IMG/VR virus record: IMGVR_UViG_2737471837_000010
Span: 1 to 41,646 of that record
Length of the DNA: 41,646 nucleotides
DNA from: a virus
Taxonomy: Duplodnaviria > Heunggongvirae > Uroviricota > Caudoviricetes
Strand: one strand, 5' to 3'
Shown here: positions 1 to 14,157 of the stretch, one piece after another
Numbering within the stretch: position 1 is the first letter of the stretch
Layout of the letters: every line of letters starts with the position of its first letter
The notes under the pieces: model-generated
Database searches by the model: none
What the model was told of the DNA's origin: nothing
The model's input: the letters and a program-made list of their open reading frames with translations, nothing else
Position numbers and translations under genes: made by a program

Positions 1-3096
<3,096 letters not shown>

Positions 3097-3153
3097 TCAC
3101 GCTCCATAAACGACAAAACCGCCCGCAGGCGGTTTCACATAAAATGTTTTGCA

Positions 3154-3825
3154 TCAGCGACCAATCACCACAACCTGACCACCGTCCCCTTCGTCTGCCG
3201 TGCTGATTTCCTGAGATACCACCCGCGACCCCACGCGCATTTCACCGTACAGAACGGGCAGAACATTGCCCTGGGCAACCATGTTATCCAGTGAGGAGAA
3301 ATACGTGTTTTGTTTGCCGTTATCCGTTGTCTGTGTACGGGGAGTTCTGGCTTTCGGTGCCAGCATCTGCGCCACACCACCAAGTACCATACTGGCACCG
3401 AGAGAAAACAGGATGCCGGTCATACCACCGGCCCCAATGGCTGCCCCCCATGCTGCAAGGGTGGCTCCGGCGGTAAAGAATGATCCGGCAATGGCGACTG
3501 CTCCCAGGACAATCTGGAATACGCCCCCTGACTTGGCCCCGGCGACTCTGGGAACAATATGAATCACAGCGCCGTCAGGCAGAACCTCATGTAACTGCGC
3601 CGTCAATCCGGACGTGCTGACGTCCCGCCCGGAAATCCGTACCTGATACCAGCCGTCGCTCAGTTTCTGACGAAACGCCGGGATCTGCATGGCCAGCGCC
3701 CGAATGGCTTCAGCCCCCGTTTTCACACGAAGGTCGATGCGGCGGCCAAATCGTTGTAAATCCCCGTAAAGGCAGATGCGCGCCATGCCCGGTGACGCCA
3801 GAGGGAGTGTGTGCGTCGCTGCCAT
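3154..3825 (-). CDS. I: Tail assembly protein I
   Basis: 223-aa ORF with the length and position of lambda gpI, between K and J, with a hydrophobic C-terminal segment. Confidence 0.85.
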   Translation of the reverse strand: MAATHTLPLASPGMARICLYGDLQRFGRRIDLRVKTGAEAIRALAMQIPAFRQKLSDGWYQVRISGRDVSTSGLTAQLHEVLPDGAVIHIVPRVAGAKSGGVFQIVLGAVAIAGSFFTAGATLAAWGAAIGAGGMTGILFSLGASMVLGGVAQMLAPKARTPRTQTTDNGKQNTYFSSLDNMVAQGNVLPVLYGEMRVGSRVVSQEISTADEGDGGQVVVIGR

Positions 3826-4466
3826 TTGTCGGTATACCTCTCTCGTTTGCTCAGTTGTTCAGGAATATGGTGCAGCAGCTCGCCGTCACCACAGTAAATG
3901 GCGGCATGATTCGGCACCGATGAACCAAAACAGCACAGCAGCACATCGCCCGGTTGTGCTGATGACAACGGCACCTGATACAGCCCTGTGGCCTCCAGAT
4001 TATCCAGATAGAGATTCTGACCGTGACGCCACCAGTCATCCCCGCGATGAAAATTCGGCATCTCAATCCCCGCCAGATGATAAGCATCCCGGAACAGCGT
4101 GTAACAGTCCGTCACCCCGTGCTCAAAGCGCCGCCCGGTGAGATGCGGCACACAGCGGAACTTATGAATCGCCCCCCGGCAGACCAGCAACCACGGCAAA
4201 TCACTCTGCACCTGCAGCCGCCGGTCAGCCTCACTCAGCCAGGGCAGACCACCGGGGTGGCTGTGGACCAGCGCCACAATCTCACCCTGCATTTCTGCCT
4301 GCAGCCAGTCCTCCGGAGCCATCCGGAAATAATCCTCCGGCTCACCGGAAATATTCACGCAGGGAAAATATCTTTCCCCCTCCGGCGTTCTCACCACGAA
4401 GCCGCACGACTCCGCTGGCGCACATCGCCGGGCGTGCGCCAGAATCGCTGATTCTGTCTCTGTCAT
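3723..4466 (-). CDS. K: Tail assembly protein K (NlpC/P60-like); start chosen at MTETES, the ORF track extends it to 4541
   Basis: Translation MTETESAILAHARRCAPAESCGFV... with HSHPGG motif; lies between L and I as in lambda. The upstream extension overlaps L and is probably not translated. Confidence 0.8.
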   Translation of the reverse strand: MTETESAILAHARRCAPAESCGFVVRTPEGERYFPCVNISGEPEDYFRMAPEDWLQAEMQGEIVALVHSHPGGLPWLSEADRRLQVQSDLPWLLVCRGAIHKFRCVPHLTGRRFEHGVTDCYTLFRDAYHLAGIEMPNFHRGDDWWRHGQNLYLDNLEATGLYQVPLSSAQPGDVLLCCFGSSVPNHAAIYCGDGELLHHIPEQLSKRERYTDKWQRRTHSLWRHRAWRASAFTGIYNDLAAASTFV

Positions 4467-4470
4467 GGGA

Positions 4471-5169
4471 TTACTGCGAAAGTTTGTTAATGGAAAGGAA
4501 GCCGCCAAAGTTGCCGACGTTATTGCGAAACTTACAGCCACTCAGGCATTTGCTGCATTTATCCTTCGTGATATCGGACGTTGGCTGGTCATATTCATCC
4601 GCGACCGCCGGACCGTGATAACCGCACTCATCGCCGCGATAGGTCCAGGTGCAGGTGTTGGCCAGCATGATACGTCCCGGAAAAACAGCGCCGTCCGTTT
4701 CCGTCGGCGTGGACAGTACAAAAGAGGCACTCACCGCGCTCAGTTCGCTGCACTGCTCAATGCGCCAGCGGCTGATCACCTCCTGCTCCGGATCGGCGTC
4801 ACTGTTTCCGTTGACGAAGTTCACCGCATCCAGAAAACGGGCGTAAACCTTACGCCGGACCACCGTTCCGCCGACCAGACTCTGCAGATCTTCCGCCATT
4901 CCGGTGACCATACCGTACAGGTTAGAAACCGTCAGCGTGGGGCGCGTACTGGTGCCTTTGCCATTCAGTTCAAAACCACTCCCCTGAATGGGATACGGCT
5001 GATACTGTCGCCCCTGCCAGGTGACCGGCTCACCTTTTTCGTTCTGCTCATTACAGAAAAAATAACGTTCTCCACCGACCTCTGTCAGGTCGATTTCCCA
5101 GAGCACCACGCTGGCCGACTGCTCCGCACGGGTGCATTCATTCAGTGTTTCCTGCCGGATATCCTGCAT
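4471..5169 (-). CDS. L: Minor tail protein L
   Basis: 232-aa ORF, same length and gene order as lambda gpL, with a C-terminal Cys cluster. Confidence 0.9.
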   Translation of the reverse strand: MQDIRQETLNECTRAEQSASVVLWEIDLTEVGGERYFFCNEQNEKGEPVTWQGRQYQPYPIQGSGFELNGKGTSTRPTLTVSNLYGMVTGMAEDLQSLVGGTVVRRKVYARFLDAVNFVNGNSDADPEQEVISRWRIEQCSELSAVSASFVLSTPTETDGAVFPGRIMLANTCTWTYRGDECGYHGPAVADEYDQPTSDITKDKCSKCLSGCKFRNNVGNFGGFLSINKLSQ

Positions 5170-5498
5170 CAGTTCACCACCTGTTCAAACTCTGCGCTGA
5201 ACTCAACACGCAGCATACTGACCCGCGACGACCATTTTGCGCAGGTCACCTTTATCTGCCGCCACTCATAAGGCGGCGTCCACAGAAAGGCTTTCCAGCC
5301 CCCGTGCTCTTCCAGAAACGACTCCAGTACCGTGGCCTCCTCACGGGGGACAGAAAGCGTCACGCTGTACGTTTTCAGGTTGGCATTCAGCCCGGCAGGC
5401 GCTCGCTGGGAATAGCCATCACCAAAGCGCACCTTTCTTACAGAAGGGGCCGAAGCCACATCCATACCGGGTTTCACTTTCCAGCGGAAGGTTTTCAT
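5169..5498 (-). CDS. M: Minor tail protein M
   Basis: 109-aa ORF matching lambda gpM in size and position; stop/start overlap with L and H. Confidence 0.9.
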   Translation of the reverse strand: MKTFRWKVKPGMDVASAPSVRKVRFGDGYSQRAPAGLNANLKTYSVTLSVPREEATVLESFLEEHGGWKAFLWTPPYEWRQIKVTCAKWSSRVSMLRVEFSAEFEQVVN

Positions 5499-8056
5499 CG
5501 TCCACCTCCGGAGAACAGGCCACCATCACGCATCTGTGTCTGAATTTCATCACGGGCACCCTTGCGGGCCATGTCATACACCGCCTTCAGAGCAGCCGGA
5601 CCTATCTGCCCGTTCGTGCCGTCGTTGTTAATCACCACATGGTTATTCTGCTCAAACGTCCCGGACACCTGCGACCGGCTGTCAGCCAGACTGCCCGGTG
5701 TACCGACATAACCACCGGTGGCATAGCCGCGCATCAGCCGGTAGAGATTCCCCACGCCAATCCGGCTGGTTGCCTCCTTCGTGAAGACAAATTCACCACG
5801 GTGAACAATCCCCGCTGGCTCATATTTGCCGCCGGTTCCCGTAAATCCTCCGGTTGCAAAATGGAATTTCGCCGCAGCGGCCTGAATGGCTGTACCGCCT
5901 GATGCGGATGCGCCGCCACCAACAGCCCCGCCAATGGCGCTGCCGATACTCCCGACAATCCCCACCATTGCCTGCTTAAGCAGAATTTCTGTCATCATGG
6001 ACAGCACGGAACGGGTGAAGCTGCGCCAGTTCTGCTCACTGCCGGTCAGCATCGCTGCCATATTCTGTGCAATACCATCAAAGGTCTGCGTGGCTGCACT
6101 TTTTACCTGCGACATACTGTCCGTGGCGCTCTCTTCCCACTCACTCCAGCCGGACTTCAGGCCTGCCATCCAGCTCCCGCGAAGCTGGTCTTCAGCCGCC
6201 CAGGTCTTTTTCTGCTCTGACATGACGTTATTCAGCGCCAGCGGATTATCGCCATACTGTTCCTTCAGGCGCTGTTCCGTGGCTTCCCGTTCTGCCTGCC
6301 GGTCAGTCAGCCCCCGGCTTTTCGCATCAATGGCGGCCCGTTTTGCCCGTTGCTGCTGTGCGAATTTATCCGCCTGCTGCGCCAGCGCGTTCAGGCGCTC
6401 CTGATACGTAACCTTGTCGCCAAGTGCAGCCAGCTGGCGTTTGTACTCCAGCGTCTCATCTTTATGCGCCAGCAGGGATTTCTCCTGTGCGGACAGCTGG
6501 CGACGTTGTGCCGCCTCCTCCAGTACCGCGAACTGACTTTCTGCCTTCCACAAATCCCGGCGCTGCTGGCTGATTTTCTCATTCGCTCCGGCATGCTTCT
6601 CCAGCGTCCGGAGTTCTGCCTGAAGCGTCAGCAGGGCAGCATGAGCACTGTCTTCCTGACGATCGCCCGCAGACACCTTCACGCCGGACTGTTTCGGCTT
6701 TTTCAGCGTCGCTTCATAATCCTTTTTCGCCGCCGCCATCAGTGTGTTGTAATCCGCCTGCAGGATTTTCCCGTCTTTCAGTGCCTTGTTCAGTTCTTCC
6801 TGACGGGCGGTATATTTCTCCAGCGGCGTCTGCAGCCGTTCGTAAGCCTTCTGCGCCTCTTCGGTATATTTCAGCCGTGACGCTTCGGTATCGCTCTGCT
6901 GCTGCGCATTTTTGTCCTGTTGAGTCTGCTGCTCAGCCTTCTTTCGGGCGGCTTCAAGCGCAAGACGGGCCTTTTCACGATCATCCCAGTAACGCGCCCG
7001 CGCTTCATCGTTAACAAAATAATCATCCTTGCGCAGATTCCAGATGTCGTCTGCTTTCTTAAACGCAGCCTCTGCCTTAATCAGCATCTCCTGCGCGGTA
7101 TCAGGACGACCAATATCCAGCACCGCATCCCACATGGATTTGAAGGCCCGCGCAGTCCTGTTTGCCCAGGTCTCCAGCGTGCCCATGTTCTCTTTCAGGC
7201 GGCGGGTCTGGTCATCAAACCCTTTCGTTGCGGCCTCGTTCGCCGCCTGCAATGCCCCGGCTTCATCGCCGGAACGCTGCAACTGAGCAACATACGCAAT
7301 CTGCTCCGCCGTCACGTTATGGAACTGGCGTGCCATCGCCGTCAGCCCCGACGTCGGGTCTGTGGTCAGCTTCCCGAAGGCTTCAGCGACCTTGTCCACC
7401 TCCACGCCGGATGCAGAGGAGAAACGCGCCACACTCTGGCTGATGGACGCAATCTGAGCCTCACCGCTTACCCCCGCCTTAACCAGTGCGCTGAGTGACT
7501 CGCTGGTCTGGTTAAACGTCAGCCCTGCCGCCTGCCCGGCTCTGGACAGGACCAGCATACGATCTGCCGTCAGTCCCGCCTGATTGCCGGAAAGGACCAG
7601 CGTTTTGTTGAAATCGGACAGGGTTGAGTTGCCCTGATACCAGGCATACGCCAGCGCACCGGTCGCCACCGCCAGCGAGGTGGCCCCCACCATCGGCAGG
7701 GTGATCGCACCGGCAAGCCCCCTGAACATGGGGATCATCCCGCCGAAGGAGTCCTTCACCTGCCCCCCCTGTTGCAGCAGGATCAGCCACGGACTTTGCC
7801 CGCCTGCAAGCTGCGTGGCCACGTCGGTGAACTGTGCAGGCAGCATACGCATGGCGGCTTTATACTGCCCGACGGAAATCCCCGCTTTCTGTGCAGCCAG
7901 TGCCTGTCGGCTCAGCGACTGTTCAACGACTGCCGCTGTTTTTTTCGCATCACTTTCCGTACCGGAAAAATGACGCCTGACTCTGGCCATCTGCTCGTCA
8001 AATCTGGCCGCATCCAGACTTAAATCAACGACCAGATCGCCTACCGGTTCAGCCAT
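5495..8056 (-). CDS. H: Tail tape measure protein H
   Basis: 853-aa ORF, the same length as lambda gpH; Ala/Gln-rich coiled-coil centre and Gly-rich C-terminus typical of tape measure proteins. Confidence 0.95.
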   Translation of the reverse strand: MAEPVGDLVVDLSLDAARFDEQMARVRRHFSGTESDAKKTAAVVEQSLSRQALAAQKAGISVGQYKAAMRMLPAQFTDVATQLAGGQSPWLILLQQGGQVKDSFGGMIPMFRGLAGAITLPMVGATSLAVATGALAYAWYQGNSTLSDFNKTLVLSGNQAGLTADRMLVLSRAGQAAGLTFNQTSESLSALVKAGVSGEAQIASISQSVARFSSASGVEVDKVAEAFGKLTTDPTSGLTAMARQFHNVTAEQIAYVAQLQRSGDEAGALQAANEAATKGFDDQTRRLKENMGTLETWANRTARAFKSMWDAVLDIGRPDTAQEMLIKAEAAFKKADDIWNLRKDDYFVNDEARARYWDDREKARLALEAARKKAEQQTQQDKNAQQQSDTEASRLKYTEEAQKAYERLQTPLEKYTARQEELNKALKDGKILQADYNTLMAAAKKDYEATLKKPKQSGVKVSAGDRQEDSAHAALLTLQAELRTLEKHAGANEKISQQRRDLWKAESQFAVLEEAAQRRQLSAQEKSLLAHKDETLEYKRQLAALGDKVTYQERLNALAQQADKFAQQQRAKRAAIDAKSRGLTDRQAEREATEQRLKEQYGDNPLALNNVMSEQKKTWAAEDQLRGSWMAGLKSGWSEWEESATDSMSQVKSAATQTFDGIAQNMAAMLTGSEQNWRSFTRSVLSMMTEILLKQAMVGIVGSIGSAIGGAVGGGASASGGTAIQAAAAKFHFATGGFTGTGGKYEPAGIVHRGEFVFTKEATSRIGVGNLYRLMRGYATGGYVGTPGSLADSRSQVSGTFEQNNHVVINNDGTNGQIGPAALKAVYDMARKGARDEIQTQMRDGGLFSGGGR

Positions 8057-8483
8057 ACCGGACTCCTCCTGCGATCCCTTCTGATACTGTCATCAGCATT
8101 ACGTCATCCTCCGTCATGTCCGCCACATCCGGGGAAGCGGGGATAACTTCTTTCCCGTCCGGGCCAAAACGAACGCCTCCGGCAAGCCCTGCCGCTTTCT
8201 GCATCAGCACATCATCTTCAGGCTCTTCGTCAGCCTCACGCCGGTTAAGCAGACTGAAATCCAGCGGATGCATATCCGGATCGCTGAAAAACAGGCTGAG
8301 CACGGTATATGTCAGCCCGGAAAAGTGCATATCCAGCAGAACATCATGAAAATAATGGGTACTGTAAAAGCGGTGCCAGTCGGCATACTCCGTGGATGAC
8401 ATCCCGGCAAGCATGGCACGCCAGTCGGGTCGCCCCATCTCGCGCGCCAGTTTCAGGGCAAAACTCAGCTCACCGTCGAACAC
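8049..8483 (-). CDS. T: Tail assembly chaperone T frame, expressed as a G-T fusion by -1 frameshift
   Basis: 144-codon frame overlapping the 3' end of G. The slippery heptamer GGGAAAG is present on the minus strand (plus-strand CTTTCCC at 8483..8489). Confidence 0.8.
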   Translation of the reverse strand: MFDGELSFALKLAREMGRPDWRAMLAGMSSTEYADWHRFYSTHYFHDVLLDMHFSGLTYTVLSLFFSDPDMHPLDFSLLNRREADEEPEDDVLMQKAAGLAGGVRFGPDGKEVIPASPDVADMTEDDVMLMTVSEGIAGGVRYG

Positions 8484-8887
8484 TTTCCCGCAGAAACAGG
8501 CTCTGCAGGCCCGGCGTCCTCTGTCTGTTCAGGAGCATCATTCACCACAAACTCATACATACCGGACAGCCGGTACACCACGTTTTCAGCATGAGAAATT
8601 GCCTCCGTGGGCCAGGTGGTAAGCACTTCCTGCTCAATCTGTTTAACGGCTTCATTCATGGAAGGCATCTGCGTCTTCTGCGGATGGTTATGCCACAGGG
8701 ACATCGCCACCAGAAACGCGCCGGTTCTGATGGCGTCTTCCACAGTAAACTTCCGGTTGCTGTCTGACTCCGCCTGTTCTGCCTGCCGTTTCATCAGGGC
8801 GAGATGCTCAATACGCTGCAGGGCTGACAGTTCAGAAAGCGTGACGGTCACACCGTTATGTTCAAATGATTCGGTTTTCAGGAACAT
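8465..8887 (-). CDS. G: Tail assembly chaperone G
   Basis: 140-aa ORF MFLKTESFEHNGVTVTLSELSALQRIEHL..., recognised as lambda gpG. Confidence 0.9.
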   Translation of the reverse strand: MFLKTESFEHNGVTVTLSELSALQRIEHLALMKRQAEQAESDSNRKFTVEDAIRTGAFLVAMSLWHNHPQKTQMPSMNEAVKQIEQEVLTTWPTEAISHAENVVYRLSGMYEFVVNDAPEQTEDAGPAEPVSAGKCSTVS

Positions 8888-8902
8888 CGCTGACTCTCCG
8901 GA

Positions 8903-9643
8903 TTAACTGGCGGTGACGTTGATTTCTGCAACCGCAGCAAGTTCACCATTACCGGATACGACCGGAATGTTGACCTTGCCTGCAGCAACACCTTTCACGG
9001 TGATGGTCATACCACTGACCGACACGGTGGCTTTTGTTTTATCCGCTGACACCGCACGGAAGCTCTTGTCAGTTGCGCCCTCCGGCTGGAATGCCACGGT
9101 CAGCGTGGTGCTCTTCCCTTTCACTACGGAAGCGCTGGCTGGCGTCACGGTCATACCGGTTGCCGCTGTTACCGTGCTGCGATCTTCTGCCATCGACGGA
9201 CGTCCTACGTTGGTGACTTTCACCGTGCGGGTGATCACGTCCTTCGCCGTCACCGCCTTACCGATACTGCTGACCCAGCCGCGGAACACATCGACCGTGC
9301 CGTTCGGGAAGCGGATTTTATAGGCACGGGTATCACCTTCATTAAACCACGCCAGCAGCGCCTGCTGCCCCTGCTCTCCGGGCATCCACGCCAGCGTGAA
9401 GCTGGTATCTCCGGCAGATTTCTGCCCCTGTCCGGTCGCGGTCCAGTCCGCATCTTCATCATCGAGATAACTGTCGTCATAGGACTCAGCGGTCAGTTCG
9501 CCGGGCGTCAGGTCTTTAACCTTTGCCAGACGCGACCAGTCATTGTCTGAAAGCGGGTTTGCATAAGGGTCGCCGCTCCCGTTATAAACCCACAGTGTGG
9601 TCCCGGCCCCTTTCACCGGTGCCAGAGGATTTGGTGTTGGCAT
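8903..9643 (-). CDS. V: Major tail tube protein V; start at the internal Met, the ORF track extends it to 9673
   Basis: [20 protein letters not shown]... matches the lambda gpV N-terminus; about 246 aa from this start. Confidence 0.9.
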   Translation of the reverse strand: MPTPNPLAPVKGAGTTLWVYNGSGDPYANPLSDNDWSRLAKVKDLTPGELTAESYDDSYLDDEDADWTATGQGQKSAGDTSFTLAWMPGEQGQQALLAWFNEGDTRAYKIRFPNGTVDVFRGWVSSIGKAVTAKDVITRTVKVTNVGRPSMAEDRSTVTAATGMTVTPASASVVKGKSTTLTVAFQPEGATDKSFRAVSADKTKATVSVSGMTITVKGVAAGKVNIPVVSGNGELAAVAEINVTAS

Positions 9644-9650
9644 ATCGTCC

Positions 9651-10046
9651 TCACATTTCATAGGTAATGACATAAGTCAGATCGGCTGAACTCCACAGGC
9701 CCGCATCATCGTCGCGCCGGTAGTCATAGCCACTGGCCACCATACTGGTGATCAAATCTGACAGTGCCGGGATATCACTCATCACCGGATAAATCCGGGA
9801 CTCCATCCACGCATCCAGCTCTGAATCCGGCACCTGAGCAGGCAGGAAAACTTCGATATGCAGCTCCGCCTGCCATGTATCGCTGTCCAGCTCTTCGCCC
9901 GTGTATTCAGCGCCGGTGAGATAAACGGCAACTGCCGGAAAATCCGCCTCATCAAAAACAGCGGGGCGACCATCAAAAAACGTCGCCCCGGTGTCATGCT
10001 TCTCCAGTGCATCCAGTACGGCTGCACGGAGTTCAGTATGTTTCAT
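9651..10046 (-). CDS. U: Tail terminator protein U
   Basis: 131-aa ORF with lambda gpU length and position. Confidence 0.9.
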   Translation of the reverse strand: MKHTELRAAVLDALEKHDTGATFFDGRPAVFDEADFPAVAVYLTGAEYTGEELDSDTWQAELHIEVFLPAQVPDSELDAWMESRIYPVMSDIPALSDLITSMVASGYDYRRDDDAGLWSSADLTYVITYEM

Positions 10047-10621
10047 CGCTTTATTACCATTCTCAGTTGATGCTGCAGCGCATAGCCCAGCTCTTTCGGA
10101 AGACGTTCACGCCGTATCCGCTCAATATTTTGTTTAAACGCCGTGCTCAGCGGCACCGCCATCGGGATTTTCACCACATCAATGGGGTAACGGTTTTTCC
10201 CGGCCACACGCTGCATGACATGCCAGCGGCCATTTTTCAGTTGCTGAATAAACGCGCCGGGAATACGATGGTTTCCCACCACAAGCACGCTGCCGCCACC
10301 TTTCAGGGCTGAACGCTGCCCCTTTTTACGACGCCTGCGTCGGGACAGGACAATCCGCGCGTTACCCAGCTTTATTACGGGCAAATCCCCCCGGTTAACC
10401 CTGATTCTGGCCTGCGGATTTTTGACCGTGGCCCTTTTCAGCCTGGCCCTTTCCTTTACCAGTTTCCGGCGTACCTTTGTCTCACGGGCAACCTGTGACG
10501 CCGACTGCGATATCGCGGATGAAGCAACGCGGTTAATGGCCATTGCGGCGGCACCAGGCACCGCCGTTCTGCTGATACGGCTGAGGTTTTCAACGGCCTG
10601 CTCAAGACCTTTTATGGCCAT
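10043..10621 (-). CDS. Z: Tail completion protein Z
   Basis: 192-aa ORF with lambda gpZ length and position. Confidence 0.9.
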   Translation of the reverse strand: MAIKGLEQAVENLSRISRTAVPGAAAMAINRVASSAISQSASQVARETKVRRKLVKERARLKRATVKNPQARIRVNRGDLPVIKLGNARIVLSRRRRRKKGQRSALKGGGSVLVVGNHRIPGAFIQQLKNGRWHVMQRVAGKNRYPIDVVKIPMAVPLSTAFKQNIERIRRERLPKELGYALQHQLRMVIKR

Positions 10622-10632
10622 ACATCCCCCTT

Positions 10633-10986
10633 TCAGCGGCGACGGTTAACGGCAGGCGGTACGCCCCGCCCAAGCCAGAGATGACAGCTTCCGCCATCAT
10701 CCGGCGAAATCCGGTCTATCCAGAAGTTTTCCTCACCGATGGTCAGCGTGTCGCCGCGCCGCAGCTGCCGCACATCATCAGTCCGGACAAACAGGGACGG
10801 GCTGGAGCCTTCAACGCGTACGCCCTGTCCGGCATAGCTGATATTTTCAGGGTCATCAAAAACACCACGTATTACTGCGCCGGACTGCTCACCGGATGTC
10901 ATGGTGGCTGACGTTCCCATGTACCCGCGTATCGTTTCATCGGCGCGGGCAATGGCGGCATCGAACAGGTTATCGAAATCAGCCAC
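10633..10986 (-). CDS. FII: Head-tail joining protein FII
   Basis: 117-aa ORF MADFDNLFDAAIARADETIRGYMG..., recognised as lambda gpFII. Confidence 0.9.
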   Translation of the reverse strand: MADFDNLFDAAIARADETIRGYMGTSATMTSGEQSGAVIRGVFDDPENISYAGQGVRVEGSSPSLFVRTDDVRQLRRGDTLTIGEENFWIDRISPDDGGSCHLWLGRGVPPAVNRRR

Positions 10987-10997
10987 AGCGCCTCCCG

Positions 10998-11393
10998 TTA
11001 TTGCATTCTGGCCAGGCCACGTTCTGTCATTTCGGCTGCCACACCGGCAGAGACACGAAACGCCGTTCCCGGCAGCACAAATGCCACAGGTTCATCCCGC
11101 GTGGCGTGAAGTGCATCGGTATGCAGCGTCACCAGTGCCACAACCGTGACCAGAGCAGCCGTATCAGTCACGGTATCCGTCTGTGCTGATACCACCTCAT
11201 TTTCATGTCCGGTCAGCGCATTTTCCGGGCTGACAGACGTGTCCTGACCGGCTGCGTTATCCGTGTCATCAAGCTCCTCTTCCAGCTCTGCCACACGGAG
11301 CGCCAGTTCTTCTTTCGTTCCCGTCAAACTGACATCGCGGTTCAGTTGCTCACCCAGCTCCTGAAGACGGGCAATCAGTTCATCTTTCGTCAT
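10998..11393 (-). CDS. FI: DNA packaging protein FI; start at MTKDELIARL
   Basis: N- and C-terminal segments match my recollection of lambda gpFI; the middle is divergent, as is usual for this protein. Confidence 0.85.
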   Translation of the reverse strand: MTKDELIARLQELGEQLNRDVSLTGTKEELALRVAELEEELDDTDNAAGQDTSVSPENALTGHENEVVSAQTDTVTDTAALVTVVALVTLHTDALHATRDEPVAFVLPGTAFRVSAGVAAEMTERGLARMQ

Positions 11394-11434
11394 GGACTCC
11401 TCCACAGAGAGAAAATGGCCCCGAAGGGCCATGA

Positions 11435-12460
11435 TTACGCCAGTTGAACGGACACGAACTCATCAGGATCAGCCAGCAGCATCAGCGGTGCTGACTGAAT
11501 CATGGTGAACTCACGCGCCGGATCGCCGGTGGTCACCCAGTTTTTCGGGTAACGGGCAGAGGCGTTAATGCCTTCGCGCTGTGCGTCCGCATCCTGAATG
11601 CAGCCATAGGTGCGCAGACCGCGAGCCTGAGTGTTCCCCAGCACCATCGTGTTGTCCGGCAGGAAGTTCTTTTTGACGCCGTTCTCCACGTACTGTCCGG
11701 AATACACGACGATGGCCACATCGCCATACATTCCCTTATAGGACACCGCTTTGCCCAGGTCTTTTACCGCTGTCTCCAGCTCGGAATGAGAGCCGCGACG
11801 GGTATCCAGCTTCTCCCTGACGGCTTTGAAGGAACGGAACAGCGCCCAGCCTTTCGGGTCAAACACGATGATATTCACCACACCGCTGGCGTTCAGCGCG
11901 TAGGCTTCGATATCGTCGGTCGGGTCATACGTGGACTTGTCACGCTTGCTCCACTCCGTGACGCCGGACTGTGTGATGTTGTTCGCCGCACTGCGGCCCA
12001 TATCCACCTCAACCGGATCGAAGGCTTCACCGGTCATGGTGTATTTGCCCTTGAGCACGGCAGAAACTGCCTGCATCTCTTCGACCTGAGCAATGGCCAG
12101 CTCTTCGTCACGCATGTTCTGCATGATGATGCGACGGCGGCGGTAAGCCGGGTCCGCCAGATTCTGCGGATCTTCATCCGGCAGGCGACGCAGGGTCATC
12201 TGCGGATTCACCTCATGCTTGGGTTTGACATATCCCGGCGTAAATTCAGAGGTGGAGCCGCCACGGGAACGGATAACCTCACCGGAAACAATCGGCGAAA
12301 CGTACAGCGCCATGTTTACCAGTCCCGGAATTTGTGAGAGATAGACTTTCTCCGTAGTGAAGGGATAGCTCTCACGGAAAAAGAGACGCAGAAACAGCGG
12401 ATCAAACTTAAATTTCTGCTCATTTGCCGCCAGCAGCTGGGCGGTTGTGTACATCGACAT
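11435..12460 (-). CDS. E: Major capsid protein E; start at MSMYTTAQLL
   Basis: MSMYTTAQLLAANEQKFKFDPLFLRLFFRESYPF... recognised as lambda gpE; about 341 aa from this start. Confidence 0.95.
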   Translation of the reverse strand: MSMYTTAQLLAANEQKFKFDPLFLRLFFRESYPFTTEKVYLSQIPGLVNMALYVSPIVSGEVIRSRGGSTSEFTPGYVKPKHEVNPQMTLRRLPDEDPQNLADPAYRRRRIIMQNMRDEELAIAQVEEMQAVSAVLKGKYTMTGEAFDPVEVDMGRSAANNITQSGVTEWSKRDKSTYDPTDDIEAYALNASGVVNIIVFDPKGWALFRSFKAVREKLDTRRGSHSELETAVKDLGKAVSYKGMYGDVAIVVYSGQYVENGVKKNFLPDNTMVLGNTQARGLRTYGCIQDADAQREGINASARYPKNWVTTGDPAREFTMIQSAPLMLLADPDEFVSVQLA

Positions 12461-12515
12461 AAAAAAATCCCGTAAAAAAAGCCGCACAGGCGGCCTTTAG
12501 TGATGAAGGGTAAAG

Positions 12516-12848
12516 TTAAACGATGCTGATTGCCGTTCCGGCAAACGCGGTCCGTTTTTTCGTCTCGTCGCTGGCAGCCTCCGGCCAGAGCACATCCTCA
12601 TAACGGAACGTGCCGGACTTGTAGAACGTCAGTGTGGTGCTGGTCTGGTCAGCAGCAACTGCAAGAATGCCAACGGCAGCACCGTCGGTGGTGCCATCCC
12701 ACGCAACCAGCTTACGGGTGGAGGTGTCCAGCATCAGCGGGGTCATTGCAGGCGCTTTCGCACTCAATCCGCCGGGCGCGGTTGCGGTATGAGCCGGGTC
12801 ACTGTTGCCCAGCGGCTGGTAATGGGTAAAGGTTTCTTTGCTCGTCAT
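12516..12848 (-). CDS. D: Head decoration protein D
   Basis: [12 protein letters not shown]...[10 protein letters not shown] recognised as lambda gpD. Confidence 0.9.
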   Translation of the reverse strand: MTSKETFTHYQPLGNSDPAHTATAPGGLSAKAPAMTPLMLDTSTRKLVAWDGTTDGAAVGILAVAADQTSTTLTFYKSGTFRYEDVLWPEAASDETKKRTAFAGTAISIV

Positions 12849-12857
12849 AAACATCCC

Positions 12858-14157
12858 TTACACTGGTGTGTTCAGCAAATCGTTAACGGCATCAGATGCC
12901 GGGTTACCTGCAGCCAGCGGTGCCGGTGCCCCCTGCATCAGACGATCCAGCGCAGTGTCACTGCGCGCCTGTGCACTCTGTGGTGCTGCGGCCAGAATGC
13001 GGCGGGCCGTTTCCACGGTCATACCGGGGGTTTCTGCCAGCACGCGGGCCTGTTCTTCGCGTCCGTGAGCCTCCTCACAGTTGAGGATCCCCATAATGCG
13101 GCTGTTTTCTGCCGCAACCGCAGCGGTGATCTGCGCGTTCACGTCCGGCTGCGCCGCGCTGGCGTTTTCGCCCTCCGTCGCTGGCACCACGTCAGTAACG
13201 TCAGCCTGCGAAGCAGTGGCTGAAACAGTTGTTGATTGAGTCTCTTTGGTCATTCGCCCTCCTGAGAGACGGGATTTACGTGCATCCAGTGCATCACGCA
13301 TAACGGTGATCGCATCGGTGCTGTTGACAAGTTCATCAGCCAGTCCGGCATCAATGGCCTCCTGACCGCTGTACACTGCAGCCTCGGTATCCAGCACAGC
13401 CTGCACGGACAGGCCGGTATATGCCGACACCTTCTGCGCAAACATCCGGCGGGTTGCATCCATCCGGGACTGCAGTGTCTCCCGGACGTCATCCGGAAGA
13501 TGGCTGTAGGGGTTGCCATCCACCTTATGGCTGCCGCTGTAAATCAGCGTGATTTCCACGCCCTGTTTCTCCAGCGCAGCACCGTAATTACTGTGAGCCA
13601 TCATGACGCCGATGGAGCCTGTCCGGGCGGTCTGCGTGACCAGACGCCGGGAGGCGGCGCTGGCAAGCAGCTGACCTGCACTGCAGTTCATGTCGTTGGC
13701 CAGCGCCCATACCGGTTTTATGTCTCGCACACGGGCGATGATGTCAGCACAGTCAAATGCTCCCGCCACCATCCCGCCCGGTGTGTCCATATCGAGCAGA
13801 ATGCCGTCCACCATCGGATCGCTGGCAGCCTGTTGCAGACGGGCGATAATGCCGTTGTAACCGGTCATTCCCGAATACGGCTGCAGCGCCCGCGTCCGGC
13901 TGACCAGCGTGCCGGACACCGGCAGCACGGCGATGCCGTTCATGACCTGATAACTGCGGGCCTGTCGTGGTCCGTCATCATCACCGGATAATGCCAGCGT
14001 CGCGAGTGCCTCCTGGGCAGTCAGGCTGTCGCCGGACACCGCATCCGTCAGGCGGCTGATCCCAAGCTGGCCTGCAAGCGCACAAAAGAAAACCCGCGCA
14101 TAGGCGGGTTCAAGCATCAGCGGCTCATTAAAGGCCATGCTGGCAATATGCGGGAGA

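Noticed and set aside
5886-7498. Several 170- to 190-aa plus-strand ORFs (5886..6404, 6350..6880, 6920..7498)
   Set aside because: All are antisense to the tape measure gene H; their products are Cys/Arg/Leu-rich with no coding signature and the region is already fully accounted for.
13500-13991. 163-aa plus-strand ORF and similar frames through the head genes
   Set aside because: Antisense to C and B, which are recognisable lambda proteins on the minus strand.
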